DNA of 64,000 nucleotides from Gammaproteobacteria bacterium (GTDB lineage Bacteria; Pseudomonadota; Gammaproteobacteria; UBA4575), in contig CBDEUS010000002.1 of NCBI GenBank assembly GCA_965243395.1, forward strand, positions 960,001-1,024,000, in the 5' to 3' direction. A program made the translations under genes and the position numbers. The notes under the pieces are model-generated. The model did not search any database. It saw only the letters and a list, made by a program, of their open reading frames with translations, and was not told the origin of the DNA. Position 1 is the stretch's first letter. Every line of letters begins with the position of its first letter. Positions 29,595-39,514 of the stretch are shown here, one piece after another.

Positions 29595-31234
29595 GATTTT
29601 GACTCTCCTGCTTTATTGGTAGCGAGGCTGACATCTGCAGGAAATTCTATTCTGAAGCAGCTGCCACCATCAGGCATACTAATATAACGTAAATCTCCAC
29701 CATTATTTTTGCATAATTCCCTTGAAAGGTATAAACCGAGGCCTGTACCAGTATCACTGGTAGTAAAAAATGGTTCAAATAATTGTTTTTGATGTTCAAT
29801 ATCTATCCCCGGTCCATTATCAATCACATCTAAATAAGGAGCAGAGTGACCTTGGCTAGTATCGACTATTAGCTGAAGGCGAAAATTTTCTTTGCTAGAA
29901 CCATATTTCTTAGCATTTTTGCAGAGGTTCCATAACACTTGGTGTAAGTTATTTGGATCCATCATAGTAAATGCATCGGAAGGTGTAATTTTTAATGAAA
30001 CCCAATCTTTTTGTAGCTCATTAGTACGGGTGAATTCTTCAATAAATTTTCGCAACCATAAGCCTAAGTTTATTTTTTCTGGCTTAGGTTTTTCGCGCCG
30101 TGATAAACGCAAAACATTGTTGATAATTGTGTTCAAACGAATAGATTGGTCTTGAATTATTGTAGCGAGTCTTTTATCTGCTTTATGCAGCTCCGAAGAT
30201 TCGTCTAACAACTGTGCAGCATGACTGATAGCACCTAGTGGGTTTCTAATTTCATGTGCAATACTTGCTGTGAGTCTACCTAAGGATGCTAATTTCGTTT
30301 CTTGAACTTGTTTGTCGACTTCAGTGTTGTCATTAAGATAAATTACAGACCCTCTGTCATGTTTACGTAAACCCACGGGTACAATTCGTATCTGAAGATC
30401 TGCTTTGTTAGTACGTCTTAATTTTCCCAGATAGTTTCTGAATTCTGTATTTTCTGTTGATGCTTTATTCCATGATTTATATAAATCAAATAAAGGTACA
30501 GATACGTCTAAAAGTTTAGAATTATCATTTATATCTGGTTGATCCAATAATTTCCACGCCGCATGGTTATGCATTCGAATTGTGCCGGTATCATCAATCA
30601 CCATAATTCCGGCATCCATTCGATTAATTAAATGCTCATTGAGTTTTCCCAAATTGGCTAAGTCAATCCCACGTTGTGCAGCAAGTTTGGCGCTTTCGCT
30701 AGCGCGATGCGCTAAAGTAATTGCTAATAATGCAGTGGCGAATAGAGCGGCACCAAGAAGACCTGCCTGAGTGTAAGCCGTTTTTTCAAATAGACCATGT
30801 AAGTTTGCATAAATTTCATGGCCGAGAATTGCTAGAGTGGCTAGAGCAGCGAATAGCAATGCAGACTTGCCCGGCAAAAGTAAACTTCCGCCAGCTACAA
30901 CAGCGATAATTAAGGTACCAAAACCACTGGTCACGCCACCATACAAATTCATTAAAGCGATGATCGCTATAATATCTACAGTGATTGAGATATAAACTTG
31001 TGATTTGTATGGCAACCATCTGAAGTATGCAACAATAAGCGCAAGTATTGCGGTAAGAAAATAAATACCACTTACCCACCGTAGTAAATGTGGGTCAAGA
31101 GAAGAGAGGAATCTTGTACTGTCAATAAAAAGACTAAGACTAAAAAATATTATGGCAACAATAATTCGATATACTGAAAATAGCCTAAGTGCAGGCCACT
31201 GTTGCGTGGTTTTATCTTCTTGTGTATTGCTCAT
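29591..31234 (-). CDS. pilS: Sensor histidine kinase PilS
   Basis: Six N-terminal TM segments, LGRLTASIAHEIRNPL H-box, FEPFFTT, GTGLGL; ATG at 31234 chosen as start. Confidence 0.93.
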   Translation of the reverse strand: MSNTQEDKTTQQWPALRLFSVYRIIVAIIFFSLSLFIDSTRFLSSLDPHLLRWVSGIYFLTAILALIVAYFRWLPYKSQVYISITVDIIAIIALMNLYGGVTSGFGTLIIAVVAGGSLLLPGKSALLFAALATLAILGHEIYANLHGLFEKTAYTQAGLLGAALFATALLAITLAHRASESAKLAAQRGIDLANLGKLNEHLINRMDAGIMVIDDTGTIRMHNHAAWKLLDQPDINDNSKLLDVSVPLFDLYKSWNKASTENTEFRNYLGKLRRTNKADLQIRIVPVGLRKHDRGSVIYLNDNTEVDKQVQETKLASLGRLTASIAHEIRNPLGAISHAAQLLDESSELHKADKRLATIIQDQSIRLNTIINNVLRLSRREKPKPEKINLGLWLRKFIEEFTRTNELQKDWVSLKITPSDAFTMMDPNNLHQVLWNLCKNAKKYGSSKENFRLQLIVDTSQGHSAPYLDVIDNGPGIDIEHQKQLFEPFFTTSDTGTGLGLYLSRELCKNNGGDLRYISMPDGGSCFRIEFPADVSLATNKAGESKS

Positions 31235-31370
31235 AGCAGTATTAAGCAATATAAATTAGCGTAAGTAATCATTCATTAGATGTATGTGAGCATACAGCAG
31301 CTAATATATATGTGCTTAAATTCATCGGTATAATAAGCTGGCCGATCGTCATAACATTAAATACATAAAT

Positions 31371-32549
31371 ATGAATATACATGAATACCAAGCGAAAGCC
31401 TTATTTGCAGACAACGAAATTCCTGTCTTATCTTCACACTTAATTGAGATGGGTGACGATGTTCAGTCTATCTGTGATGAACTCAAGCATCAATCCTGGG
31501 TTGTAAAAGCACAAGTGCACGCAGGAGGTCGAGGCAAAGCCGGAGGCGTAAAACTGGTGAGAGATTCAAATCTGTTAGCAGAAACAGTTTTAGATATGCT
31601 AGGAAATACTCTTAGAACTAAGCAAACAGGTAAATCAGGACTGCCGATTAATGCGGTTTTACTGGAAGAGGTAATTGATATAGAAACTGAGCTTTATCTC
31701 GCTTTGCTGATTGATCGATCTGTAAAGCAGCTAGCAATAATCGCTTCTGCTGAGGGCGGTATGGATATTGAAGAGGTGGCTAAAAATACTCCAGAGAAAA
31801 TCATAAAACACTATATTCATCCTGCAGTGGGCATTCAGAGCAATCAAATAAATGATATCGGCTATGCGCTAAATTTTTCTAGATCTCAAATTAAACAATT
31901 TTCAAAAATTATACAAAATCTTGTTAAATTATTTTTAGATAACGATTGTAGTTTGATTGAAGTTAATCCATTAATCGTAAACTCAGATGGTGACCTTATC
32001 GCATTAGACGCAAAAATTAATCTTGATGACAATGCTTTGTTTCGACATAAGCAGTTGCAATCTTTTTATGATCCAGCACAACAAAATCAAGTAGAAGCAA
32101 AAGCTAAAAAGCTAGGCCTAAATTATATTAAACTTGACGGAAACATAGGTTGCATTGTTAATGGTGCTGGATTGGCTATGGCAACAATGGATTTAATAAA
32201 GCATCATGGAGGCGAACCTGCAAACTTTCTTGACGTCGGAGGCGGAACAACACAAGGGAAAGTATCAGAAGCATTTAAACTCGTTTCAAGTGATGCTTCA
32301 GTAGAAGCCATTTTTGTGAATATATTCGGTGGAATAGTGCGGTGTGATTTAATCGCGCAAGGAATATTAGATGCCCAAAAAGAAATGAGTAAGAATGAAA
32401 TTGCTCTTAATGTTCCTATCATTGTACTTTTACAAGGTACTAACGCAGATGAAGGAAAAAAAATTCTAGAAAATCAATCTTCTAAAATAATTCCGGTGGA
32501 TAACCTTACCGATGGCGCGAAGAAAGCAATAGCTTTAGCATCCTCATAA
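31371..32549 (+). CDS. sucC: Succinyl-CoA synthetase beta subunit
   Basis: [44 protein letters not shown]. Confidence 0.97.
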   Translation: MNIHEYQAKALFADNEIPVLSSHLIEMGDDVQSICDELKHQSWVVKAQVHAGGRGKAGGVKLVRDSNLLAETVLDMLGNTLRTKQTGKSGLPINAVLLEEVIDIETELYLALLIDRSVKQLAIIASAEGGMDIEEVAKNTPEKIIKHYIHPAVGIQSNQINDIGYALNFSRSQIKQFSKIIQNLVKLFLDNDCSLIEVNPLIVNSDGDLIALDAKINLDDNALFRHKQLQSFYDPAQQNQVEAKAKKLGLNYIKLDGNIGCIVNGAGLAMATMDLIKHHGGEPANFLDVGGGTTQGKVSEAFKLVSSDASVEAIFVNIFGGIVRCDLIAQGILDAQKEMSKNEIALNVPIIVLLQGTNADEGKKILENQSSKIIPVDNLTDGAKKAIALASS

Positions 32550-32571
32550 AACTAAAAATGGATTTAAATTC

Positions 32572-33444
32572 GTGAGTATTCTCATAAACAAAAATACTAA
32601 AGTGCTTTGTCAGGGATTGACAGGCGCACAAGGAAGCTTTCATACACAACAAGCTCTCGATTATGGAACTCAAGTTGTGGCCGGAGTTACACCTGGTAAG
32701 GGCGGAGAATCTGTTTTGAATTTACCTGTTTATAACACAGTAAGCAGTGCGTTAACTGAACATCATATTGATGCAAGTGTGATATATGTGCCCGCAGCAT
32801 TTGCTGCAGATGCCATTCTTGAATCCATCAACGCTGGAATAAAGCTTATTGTTTGCATCACAGAAGGGATTCCCGTCTTAGATATGGTAAAAGTGAACGC
32901 TGTTCTTAAAGACAGTGAGTCCCTGCTAATTGGGCCAAACTGCCCAGGTATTATCACACCAGATGAATGTAAGATTGGTATTATGCCGGGCGATATTCAT
33001 CGCACAGGTAAGGTGGGTATTGTTTCTCGCTCAGGCACACTTACTTATGTTGCAGTTAACCAAACCACGCAGCATGGCTTGGGTCAGTCAACATGTATCG
33101 GAATTGGAGGTGATCCCATACACGGTCTTAATTTTATTGATTGTTTGCAAATGTTCAATGAAGACGAAGATACAGATGGAATCATTATGGTCGGTGAAAT
33201 TGGGGGAACAGCAGAAGAAGAAGCGGCTGAATATATTCAGCAAAATATTACTAAACCGGTAGTAGCCTACATTGCGGGTGTTACTGCACCACCAGGAAAG
33301 CGCATGGGTCATGCAGGTGCCATTGTTAGTGGCGGTAAAGGGACTGCTGAACAAAAATATACCGCATTGGAAAAAGCAGGAGTGAATACTGTTAGAACGC
33401 CTGCAGAAATCGGTAAACAAATAAGCGAACTACTGAAGCGTTGA
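32572..33444 (+). CDS. sucD: Succinyl-CoA synthetase alpha subunit
   Basis: [23 protein letters not shown] phosphohistidine motif. Confidence 0.97.
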   Translation: MSILINKNTKVLCQGLTGAQGSFHTQQALDYGTQVVAGVTPGKGGESVLNLPVYNTVSSALTEHHIDASVIYVPAAFAADAILESINAGIKLIVCITEGIPVLDMVKVNAVLKDSESLLIGPNCPGIITPDECKIGIMPGDIHRTGKVGIVSRSGTLTYVAVNQTTQHGLGQSTCIGIGGDPIHGLNFIDCLQMFNEDEDTDGIIMVGEIGGTAEEEAAEYIQQNITKPVVAYIAGVTAPPGKRMGHAGAIVSGGKGTAEQKYTALEKAGVNTVRTPAEIGKQISELLKR

Positions 33445-33462
33445 GCATTTCTGATTATTAAT

Positions 33463-35091
33463 ATGAAAGAAGTTCTAAATATTTCTTTGGCTCAGCTTAA
33501 TTTTTTAGTTGGTGATGTAGAGGGGAACACACAGCAAATTATTAATGCAGCAAAACAAGCACGTGATCAAAATTCAGCGGATATCATCGTATTCACTGAA
33601 CTAGCTATCACAGGTTATCCACTTGAAGACTTATTGTTCCGCTCATCATTGATGGTGCGTGTTCAAAATGCACTCGAAAAAATAAAAACTGAAGTTGAAG
33701 ACATATATTTGTTAATCGGTGCACCTACAAAAGAGGGTCATGAGTTATTTAATTCTGCACTTTTGATTTATAACTCGAAAACCATAGCTACTTATCATAA
33801 ACACCAGTTGCCAAACTACGAAGTGTTTGATGAAAAACGTTATTTTAGTTCTGGTAGTGCAGCATGTGTTGCAAATGTAAAAGGAGTCAATATTGGCATA
33901 ACGATATGTGAAGATATCTGGTTTGCAGAACCTATTTCTAAAAGTAAACAAGCTGGTGCAGAGTTGCTTATTAATATTAATGCGAGCCCGTATCAATTCA
34001 ACAAAACCAATATGCGAACTGAAGTATTAAAGCAACGTATTTCTGAGCAAAATATTCCAGTTGTGTACGTAAACCAAGTTGGAGGGCAAGATGAGCTTGT
34101 ATTTGACGGTGAATCATTATGCTTAAACAAAACAGGTGAACTTTGTTTACAAGCACCAGTATTTGAAAGCGGTGCTTTTACAATTTCATATTCTAAAACT
34201 GAAAATGATTTGCTTAAGAGTGCGTGTATTAATAAATGTCTAACAAAGGCAGCTTCAATATACCGAGCATTAGTTCTGGGCGTAAAAGACTATGTGCAAA
34301 AAAATTCTTTTTCTGGTGTCGTATTGGGATTGTCTGGAGGTGTTGACTCGGCATTAACGTTAACCATTGCAGTTGATGCTCTGGGTGCTGAGAACGTACA
34401 TGCGGTAATGATGCCTTTTCACTATACATCTGATATGAGTAAAGAGGATTCGAATAAGCTTGCTTCTGCAATGAGTGTGCATTTGGATGAGATTCCTATC
34501 GAGGGATCATTTGATGCATTGATAAATTCTCTTGAGCCTATATTTAGGGATTTACCTGTAGGTGTAACAGAAGAGAATCTTCAGTCTCGAATTCGAGGCG
34601 TATTGCTCATGGCAATATCAAATAAGATGGGTAATATGTTGCTAACTACAGGAAATAAAAGTGAAATGTCAGTTGGCTATGCAACACTTTACGGTGATAT
34701 GGCTGGCGGATTTGCGCCATTGAAAGATGTTTCTAAAACGATGGTTTACGAGTTAGCAAAGTATAGAAATACAATTTCAGATGTTATTCCAGAAAGAATT
34801 ATTACACGAGCACCCTCTGCAGAACTAGCACCAGACCAGGTAGATCAAGACAGTTTGCCACCTTATGAAATTCTTGACCCTATTCTTGAGATGTTTGTTG
34901 AACAGGATTGTACATTAGAAGAAATAGTAGCAAGTGGTTTTAGTGAACATGTGGTAAGGCGAGTTATCAAAATGGTATTACGCAACGAGTATAAACGACG
35001 GCAAGCACCGCCAGGTGTTAAAATTACTTCACGCGCATATGGAAAAGATCGACGTTATCCAATTACTTCGGGATTTTTAAAAAATATTTAA
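33463..35091 (+). CDS. nadE: Glutamine-dependent NAD+ synthetase
   Basis: Nitrilase domain (LPNYEVFDEKRYF, ICEDIW) plus SGGVDSA, TGNKSE, PSAELAPDQ. Confidence 0.96.
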   Translation: MKEVLNISLAQLNFLVGDVEGNTQQIINAAKQARDQNSADIIVFTELAITGYPLEDLLFRSSLMVRVQNALEKIKTEVEDIYLLIGAPTKEGHELFNSALLIYNSKTIATYHKHQLPNYEVFDEKRYFSSGSAACVANVKGVNIGITICEDIWFAEPISKSKQAGAELLININASPYQFNKTNMRTEVLKQRISEQNIPVVYVNQVGGQDELVFDGESLCLNKTGELCLQAPVFESGAFTISYSKTENDLLKSACINKCLTKAASIYRALVLGVKDYVQKNSFSGVVLGLSGGVDSALTLTIAVDALGAENVHAVMMPFHYTSDMSKEDSNKLASAMSVHLDEIPIEGSFDALINSLEPIFRDLPVGVTEENLQSRIRGVLLMAISNKMGNMLLTTGNKSEMSVGYATLYGDMAGGFAPLKDVSKTMVYELAKYRNTISDVIPERIITRAPSAELAPDQVDQDSLPPYEILDPILEMFVEQDCTLEEIVASGFSEHVVRRVIKMVLRNEYKRRQAPPGVKITSRAYGKDRRYPITSGFLKNI

Positions 35092-35092
35092 A

Positions 35093-36037
35093 CTAGTTAC
35101 AGTAATAAGTTCTAAGTTTAAGCTTTTCTAACATTTTCTCTAATAAGCTCTCTGCGCAAGTATGATTTTCTTGTGCAAATTTCTCATCGATTACACCACC
35201 TTTACCAGTCTGGTAGTTTTGTGCATATATGCGATGTGTATCGTTAGCTAAATCTTCAATACCAAGTGATATATAGGCTTGTTCTAGTATATATACGGCT
35301 TCAGGCATTATTTCGGCACCCTGATAGTTTTCCATGACATACTTCGCGCGATTAGCGGCTGCAACATAAGCCCCGCGTTTCATATAAAATCTTGCAACTT
35401 TCACTTCATATTCGGCAAGCTCGTTACGCAAATAAATCATGCGTAATTTTGCGTCATCAGCATATTCACTTTCAGGATATTTCTCGATTAACAATCTAAA
35501 AATCTCAAAGGCTTCTCGAAGAGAGGTTGGGTCATTGTTAGACGGGTCACGTTTAAGAACATAATGAATCAAGTTTTTTCCGCTATCAAAAGTAATTAAG
35601 CCTTTCATATAGTAAGCATAATCAATACTTGGATGTTGCGGGTTTAATTGAATAAATCGATTTATAGTACTTAAGGCTTGTTCTACATTGTTTTGTTTAT
35701 AATAAGCAAAAGTTAGTTCAAGTAATCCTTGTTGCGCATAGCGCCCAAACGGGTAACGGCTTTGTAATAACTCAAATTGCTCAACTGCTCCTGTAAAATC
35801 TCGTGCGTTTAATGATTGATGTGCTTTTTTATATAATTTAGCAGCGGAGTCATCAGCAGCAATCTCCGGATCCTTTTCTTCATCGTCTTTGCCAAACGGC
35901 CACAATGACGAGCAGCTACTGATAGACGCTATGAGTAATAGCATTATTACAGCCTGCCAAATGGATCTTTTTCTTTGAAGTGTATAGTCTTTCATAGGAT
36001 TGAAAGTATAACCATTTTTGTTATGAATCCGTACCAA
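35093..36037 (-). CDS. bamD: Outer membrane protein assembly lipoprotein BamD (true start probably downstream of 36037)
   Basis: Lipobox-like ISSC, YPFGRYAQQ, RFIQLNPQHP, AYVAAANRA; divergent from rluD. Confidence 0.93.
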   Translation of the reverse strand: MVRIHNKNGYTFNPMKDYTLQRKRSIWQAVIMLLLIASISSCSSLWPFGKDDEEKDPEIAADDSAAKLYKKAHQSLNARDFTGAVEQFELLQSRYPFGRYAQQGLLELTFAYYKQNNVEQALSTINRFIQLNPQHPSIDYAYYMKGLITFDSGKNLIHYVLKRDPSNNDPTSLREAFEIFRLLIEKYPESEYADDAKLRMIYLRNELAEYEVKVARFYMKRGAYVAAANRAKYVMENYQGAEIMPEAVYILEQAYISLGIEDLANDTHRIYAQNYQTGKGGVIDEKFAQENHTCAESLLEKMLEKLKLRTYYCN

Positions 36038-36059
36038 AATACACTTTAGATATTCAAAA

Positions 36060-37010
36060 ATGTCAGATAGAGAAATAATAATAGGTGTGATACCTGATGA
36101 ATATAAAGGTTTACGCTTAGACCACGCATTGGCGAAAATGTATCCAGACTATTCGCGAGCACGCCTGCAAAAATGGATAAAATCAGGCGCAATCACGGTT
36201 GATGGAAACATGCTGCGTCCTAAAGACGATATTGGGGGTGGAGAGAGAGTAGAAATAGAAATAATTCCAGAAGATGAAGTATTTCTAAAACCTGAAGCCA
36301 TACCTTTAAATATTAACCATGAGGATGACCAAATAATTGTGGTAAATAAACCTTCAGGTTTAGTTGTACATCCGGGTGCGGGAAATTCAAGTGGTACCCT
36401 GGCGAATGCTTTATTACACCATTTCCCAGATATACGAATGGTGCCGAGAGTAGGTATTGTGCACAGGCTCGATAAAGATACTACAGGGTTATTAGTAATT
36501 GCTAAAAACATTAAAACGCAGACAAATTTGGTTGAACAATTACAACAAAGAATAGTTTCTCGAAATTATATTGCACTTGTACATGGCGAAATTATTTCCG
36601 GTGGAACAATTGAAAATCCGATAGGAAGGCACTCAGTTGACCGTAAAAAAATGGCGGTGAAGCCCACCGGTGGAAGAGATGCGATCACACATTATCGAAT
36701 TCGCAAAAAATTTACAGGCTTTACTTTATTAGATGTTAGTTTAGAAACTGGGAGAACACATCAAATACGTGTGCATATGTCTTATCAAAAGCATCCTATT
36801 GTTGGAGATAAAGTGTATGGTCGAAAAATTAATCCTGGTAAAAAAGCTGTACTTACATTACTTGCGAAATTTCCACGCCAAGCCTTACATGCAGCTGAGT
36901 TGTCATTCAAGCATCCGAAAACTAATCAACAAGTTTCATTTAAAGCGCCCATTCCTAATGACTTTCATGCGTTGATCGATGCGCTCGAAAAAGCAGATCA
37001 TGAAGCTTGA
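36060..37010 (+). CDS. rluD: 23S rRNA pseudouridine synthase RluD
   Basis: S4 domain, NKPSGLVVHP, HRLDKDTTG, LETGRTHQIRVH. Confidence 0.96.
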   Translation: MSDREIIIGVIPDEYKGLRLDHALAKMYPDYSRARLQKWIKSGAITVDGNMLRPKDDIGGGERVEIEIIPEDEVFLKPEAIPLNINHEDDQIIVVNKPSGLVVHPGAGNSSGTLANALLHHFPDIRMVPRVGIVHRLDKDTTGLLVIAKNIKTQTNLVEQLQQRIVSRNYIALVHGEIISGGTIENPIGRHSVDRKKMAVKPTGGRDAITHYRIRKKFTGFTLLDVSLETGRTHQIRVHMSYQKHPIVGDKVYGRKINPGKKAVLTLLAKFPRQALHAAELSFKHPKTNQQVSFKAPIPNDFHALIDALEKADHEA

Positions 37011-37737
37011 ATATATTAAACCCGATTGGGCTGCGCCGGAAAATATTTCCTGTGTGACTACAACTCGTGTGGGTGGATATAGTAATAATGAATATTCATC
37101 TTTGAATTTAGGCGGGCATGTTAAAGATGCTATTAATAATGTTGAGCAAAATCGAAATTTAATATTAAAAGATCTTAAACTTCCCAGCAGCCCTGTTTGG
37201 TTAGAGCAGGTACATGGTTCAATTGTATTGGAATTAAATGATAGAACATCTGAAAATACTGTTGCGGATGCAGCTTATACTCAACAAAAAGGAATCGTTT
37301 GTGCTGTGCTCACCGCAGATTGTTTACCAATCGTATTTTGTGATCACAAAGGTCAATATGTTGCCGTTGCTCATGGAGGTTGGCGGGGATTAGTTGGAGG
37401 CATTATCGAAAACACTTTACAAGCATTGCCTGTTGCTAATGAAGAAATGATGTGTTGGTTAGGTCCTGCCATCGGTCCGAATAAATTTGAAGTAGGCAAA
37501 GAAGTCTTTGAACAATTTCTAGAAAAAGATGTTATTAATGAAAATGCGTTTCAAACACAAGAAAATGGAAAATATTTAGCTAATATTTATCAATTAGCCA
37601 AAAACATTCTTGCTAAAGAAAGTGTGGCGCAAGTGTATGGTGGTCAGTATTGCACCCATACTGAAAGCGATAAGTTTTATTCCTACCGAAGAGATGGTGA
37701 AGCAGGGAGAATGGCAACACTCATCTGGCGTGATTAG
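37000..37737 (+). CDS. pgeF: Peptidoglycan editing factor PgeF (YfiH)
   Basis: TTRVGG, WLEQVHG, LTADCLP, HGGWRG, FYSYRR; follows rluD. Confidence 0.94.
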   Translation: MKLEYIKPDWAAPENISCVTTTRVGGYSNNEYSSLNLGGHVKDAINNVEQNRNLILKDLKLPSSPVWLEQVHGSIVLELNDRTSENTVADAAYTQQKGIVCAVLTADCLPIVFCDHKGQYVAVAHGGWRGLVGGIIENTLQALPVANEEMMCWLGPAIGPNKFEVGKEVFEQFLEKDVINENAFQTQENGKYLANIYQLAKNILAKESVAQVYGGQYCTHTESDKFYSYRRDGEAGRMATLIWRD

Positions 37738-37781
37738 TGAGCACTTGGATGTGCGAATAAGAGTTGCAACAGGGATGTTGC
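37737..37781 (+). repeat. Left terminal inverted repeat containing two GGA-loop hairpins
   Basis: GTGAGCACTTGGATGTGCGAATAAGAGTTGCAACAGGGATGTTGC; its reverse complement matches 39567-39611 at 33/45 positions, ungapped. Confidence 0.8.
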
Positions 37782-37809
37782 TTCAGTTTCAAAGTTAACT
37801 AATCTCGAT

Positions 37810-37839
37810 TATTTCTGCTTACGGCCAATAGCGGACATT
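37810..37839. repeat. Cassette boundary site R1
   Basis: TATTTCTGCTTA-CGGCCA-ATAGCGGACATT. Confidence 0.85.
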
Positions 37840-38146
37840 ATTTTAAATCATCATGTTCAAATTCGTCGCGATAGGTATTAGGTTTGCGATACTTGCTAAA
37901 TATAATGCTATTGAAAGGCCATGGAATAAACTTTCTAGGAATAGCATTTGGTGAATGCTGATTAACAAGATATAAGACAATAGATGCGCCAATAAACGGC
38001 ACAAGCCAGCAAATTACCATTTGTGCATTTCTTTGGAAAGGTTCTAGTGTTTCATCATATTTTGCTGCAACACTTCCAATAAATGCAAGCCAGAGCCAAA
38101 ATAAGAAAAGCACAATAACGAAAAGTAGTGATATAAATTCAAACAT
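37838..38146 (-). CDS. Cassette 1: small two-TM membrane protein
   Basis: 102 aa, two hydrophobic helices, WLVPFIG segment reminiscent of PLDc_N-type hairpins; stop codon overlaps R1. Confidence 0.7.
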   Translation of the reverse strand: MFEFISLLFVIVLFLFWLWLAFIGSVAAKYDETLEPFQRNAQMVICWLVPFIGASIVLYLVNQHSPNAIPRKFIPWPFNSIIFSKYRKPNTYRDEFEHDDLK

Positions 38147-38155
38147 ATTTGTATT

Positions 38156-38185
38156 TATGTCTCCTAACGGCCAATAGCGGACATT
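38156..38185. repeat. Cassette boundary site R2
   Basis: TATGTCTCCTAA-CGGCCA-ATAGCGGACATT. Confidence 0.85.
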
Positions 38186-38810
38186 ATGGAGCTGAGCATC
38201 CTAGAGCTAATCTAAGTGTTGATTCATCTTTTGCTTTTGAGTCTTTTGGATAAAACAAGCTTAAACATGCATATGATTCCATTATTTTTTCAGAAAATTT
38301 CTTAATATCTTGACCATGTATATGAAGCAATTTTCCAGCTTTAATGTAATAGGCATTTTCATGAACAAATGTATCCTCAGGTTTTACAGTTCTCCTAACA
38401 AATACATATCTGATTCCGTTCTCAAGGATCTTATCTTCAATTACTTCAGAATGAATATCTTCATTTGTTGTTAAAACTTTTTTAAACGCCTCATCCCCTG
38501 GATACATCCCTATCCTTATTTCTGGTCGTAAAGATAGATTATATGGTTCATCAAGTGCATGATATAGCCTCAATCCATTTATATTGAGCTGCCCAATGTA
38601 TCGATTAGATATAGAAATGTACCCGTCTAATGCCTGATAGATTACTTTATTAGCTATTTGCTCATCCGTAACACCTTTAGAAATGATTAATCTATCTGGT
38701 AATGATTTCCCAATAAGAAAACCATTCGCAAAACTAAGAACTGAGATAATTAATACCGAAATTAATAAAAGCAATATAGTCACAGGATTAAACTTGGAGG
38801 TTATATACAT
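38184..38810 (-). CDS. Cassette 2: membrane-anchored/exported hypothetical protein
   Basis: 208 aa, single N-terminal hydrophobic helix, two C-terminal Cys; stop codon overlaps R2. Confidence 0.7.
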   Translation of the reverse strand: MYITSKFNPVTILLLLISVLIISVLSFANGFLIGKSLPDRLIISKGVTDEQIANKVIYQALDGYISISNRYIGQLNINGLRLYHALDEPYNLSLRPEIRIGMYPGDEAFKKVLTTNEDIHSEVIEDKILENGIRYVFVRRTVKPEDTFVHENAYYIKAGKLLHIHGQDIKKFSEKIMESYACLSLFYPKDSKAKDESTLRLALGCSAP

Positions 38811-38845
38811 TTTATCTTGTAGGCTTCATTTCATATCTTATGCAA

Positions 38846-38875
38846 TATATCTGCCTTGAGTCGTAAGCAGTCATC
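38846..38875. repeat. Cassette boundary site R3 (degenerate)
   Basis: TATATCTGCCTT-GAGTCG-TAAGCAGTCATC. Confidence 0.75.
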
Positions 38876-39167
38876 AGCTAAATATGGAACTAAATATTTC
38901 ACCTATGGTTTCAAACACACCTGCTACACCCTCGAAAATTGCTTCTAGAAAACTGACTAAGCACTCAAGAATGCTTTCACTACTGCTGACTACTGGTACT
39001 GATATGCCGCTTAATGCAGCTAATATAATTATTGAAGGAATCAGAGTGACATCTGCGATAAAAATATATATAACAGAACCTATTAATGTGAATGCACAAA
39101 TTGTATTTAACAACCTAACGAGAATTGACTTTTGTCTTCTGTTTTTCATATATCTTTCTCTGCTCAA
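38874..39167 (-). CDS. Cassette 3: small two-TM membrane protein (start TTG 39167 or ATG 39149)
   Basis: Basic N-terminus, two TM helices, amphipathic acidic tail; stop codon overlaps R3. Confidence 0.65.
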   Translation of the reverse strand: MSRERYMKNRRQKSILVRLLNTICAFTLIGSVIYIFIADVTLIPSIIILAALSGISVPVVSSSESILECLVSFLEAIFEGVAGVFETIGEIFSSIFS

Positions 39168-39176
39168 AACTATTTA

Positions 39177-39206
39177 AATGTCCGCTTTGGGTCGTTAGCT
39201 GTCATT
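39177..39206. repeat. Cassette boundary site R4
   Basis: AATGTCCGCTTT-GGGTCG-TTAGCTGTCATT. Confidence 0.85.
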
Positions 39207-39486
39207 CAGATGTTAACCCACATTTTTGGCATTTTCTTGGCCACCAACTGTAGTAGCTAATAATCTTTTTACAGGATGGACATTTAGAATATCTAATCGC
39301 AACAAAGAGCGAAACAAGCCCAACTACTTGTAGAATAATTATTAGTATTGAAGGATTTACAGGAAGGTTTACTAACTCATGTTGATAATGTCTAACAATA
39401 ATAGCAGGAATCCAAAAGCACAATGCTATTAAAGTAAAAAGGATTCGCTTGAATCGGTGCTCTTTAAATAACAGTTGATTATTCAT
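39202..39486 (-). CDS. Cassette 4: two-TM protein with a C-terminal zinc ribbon
   Basis: 94 aa, two TM helices then CPSC...CQKC; stop codon lies inside R4. Confidence 0.7.
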   Translation of the reverse strand: MNNQLLFKEHRFKRILFTLIALCFWIPAIIVRHYQHELVNLPVNPSILIIILQVVGLVSLFVAIRYSKCPSCKKIISYYSWWPRKCQKCGLTSE

Positions 39487-39514
39487 ACTGGGTGAAGTAT
39501 TTCAGACTTAATTG

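Noticed and set aside
38884-39177. 97-aa plus-strand ORF inside the array
   Set aside because: Antisense shadow of cassette 3; the minus-strand ORF fits the site register and has TM helices
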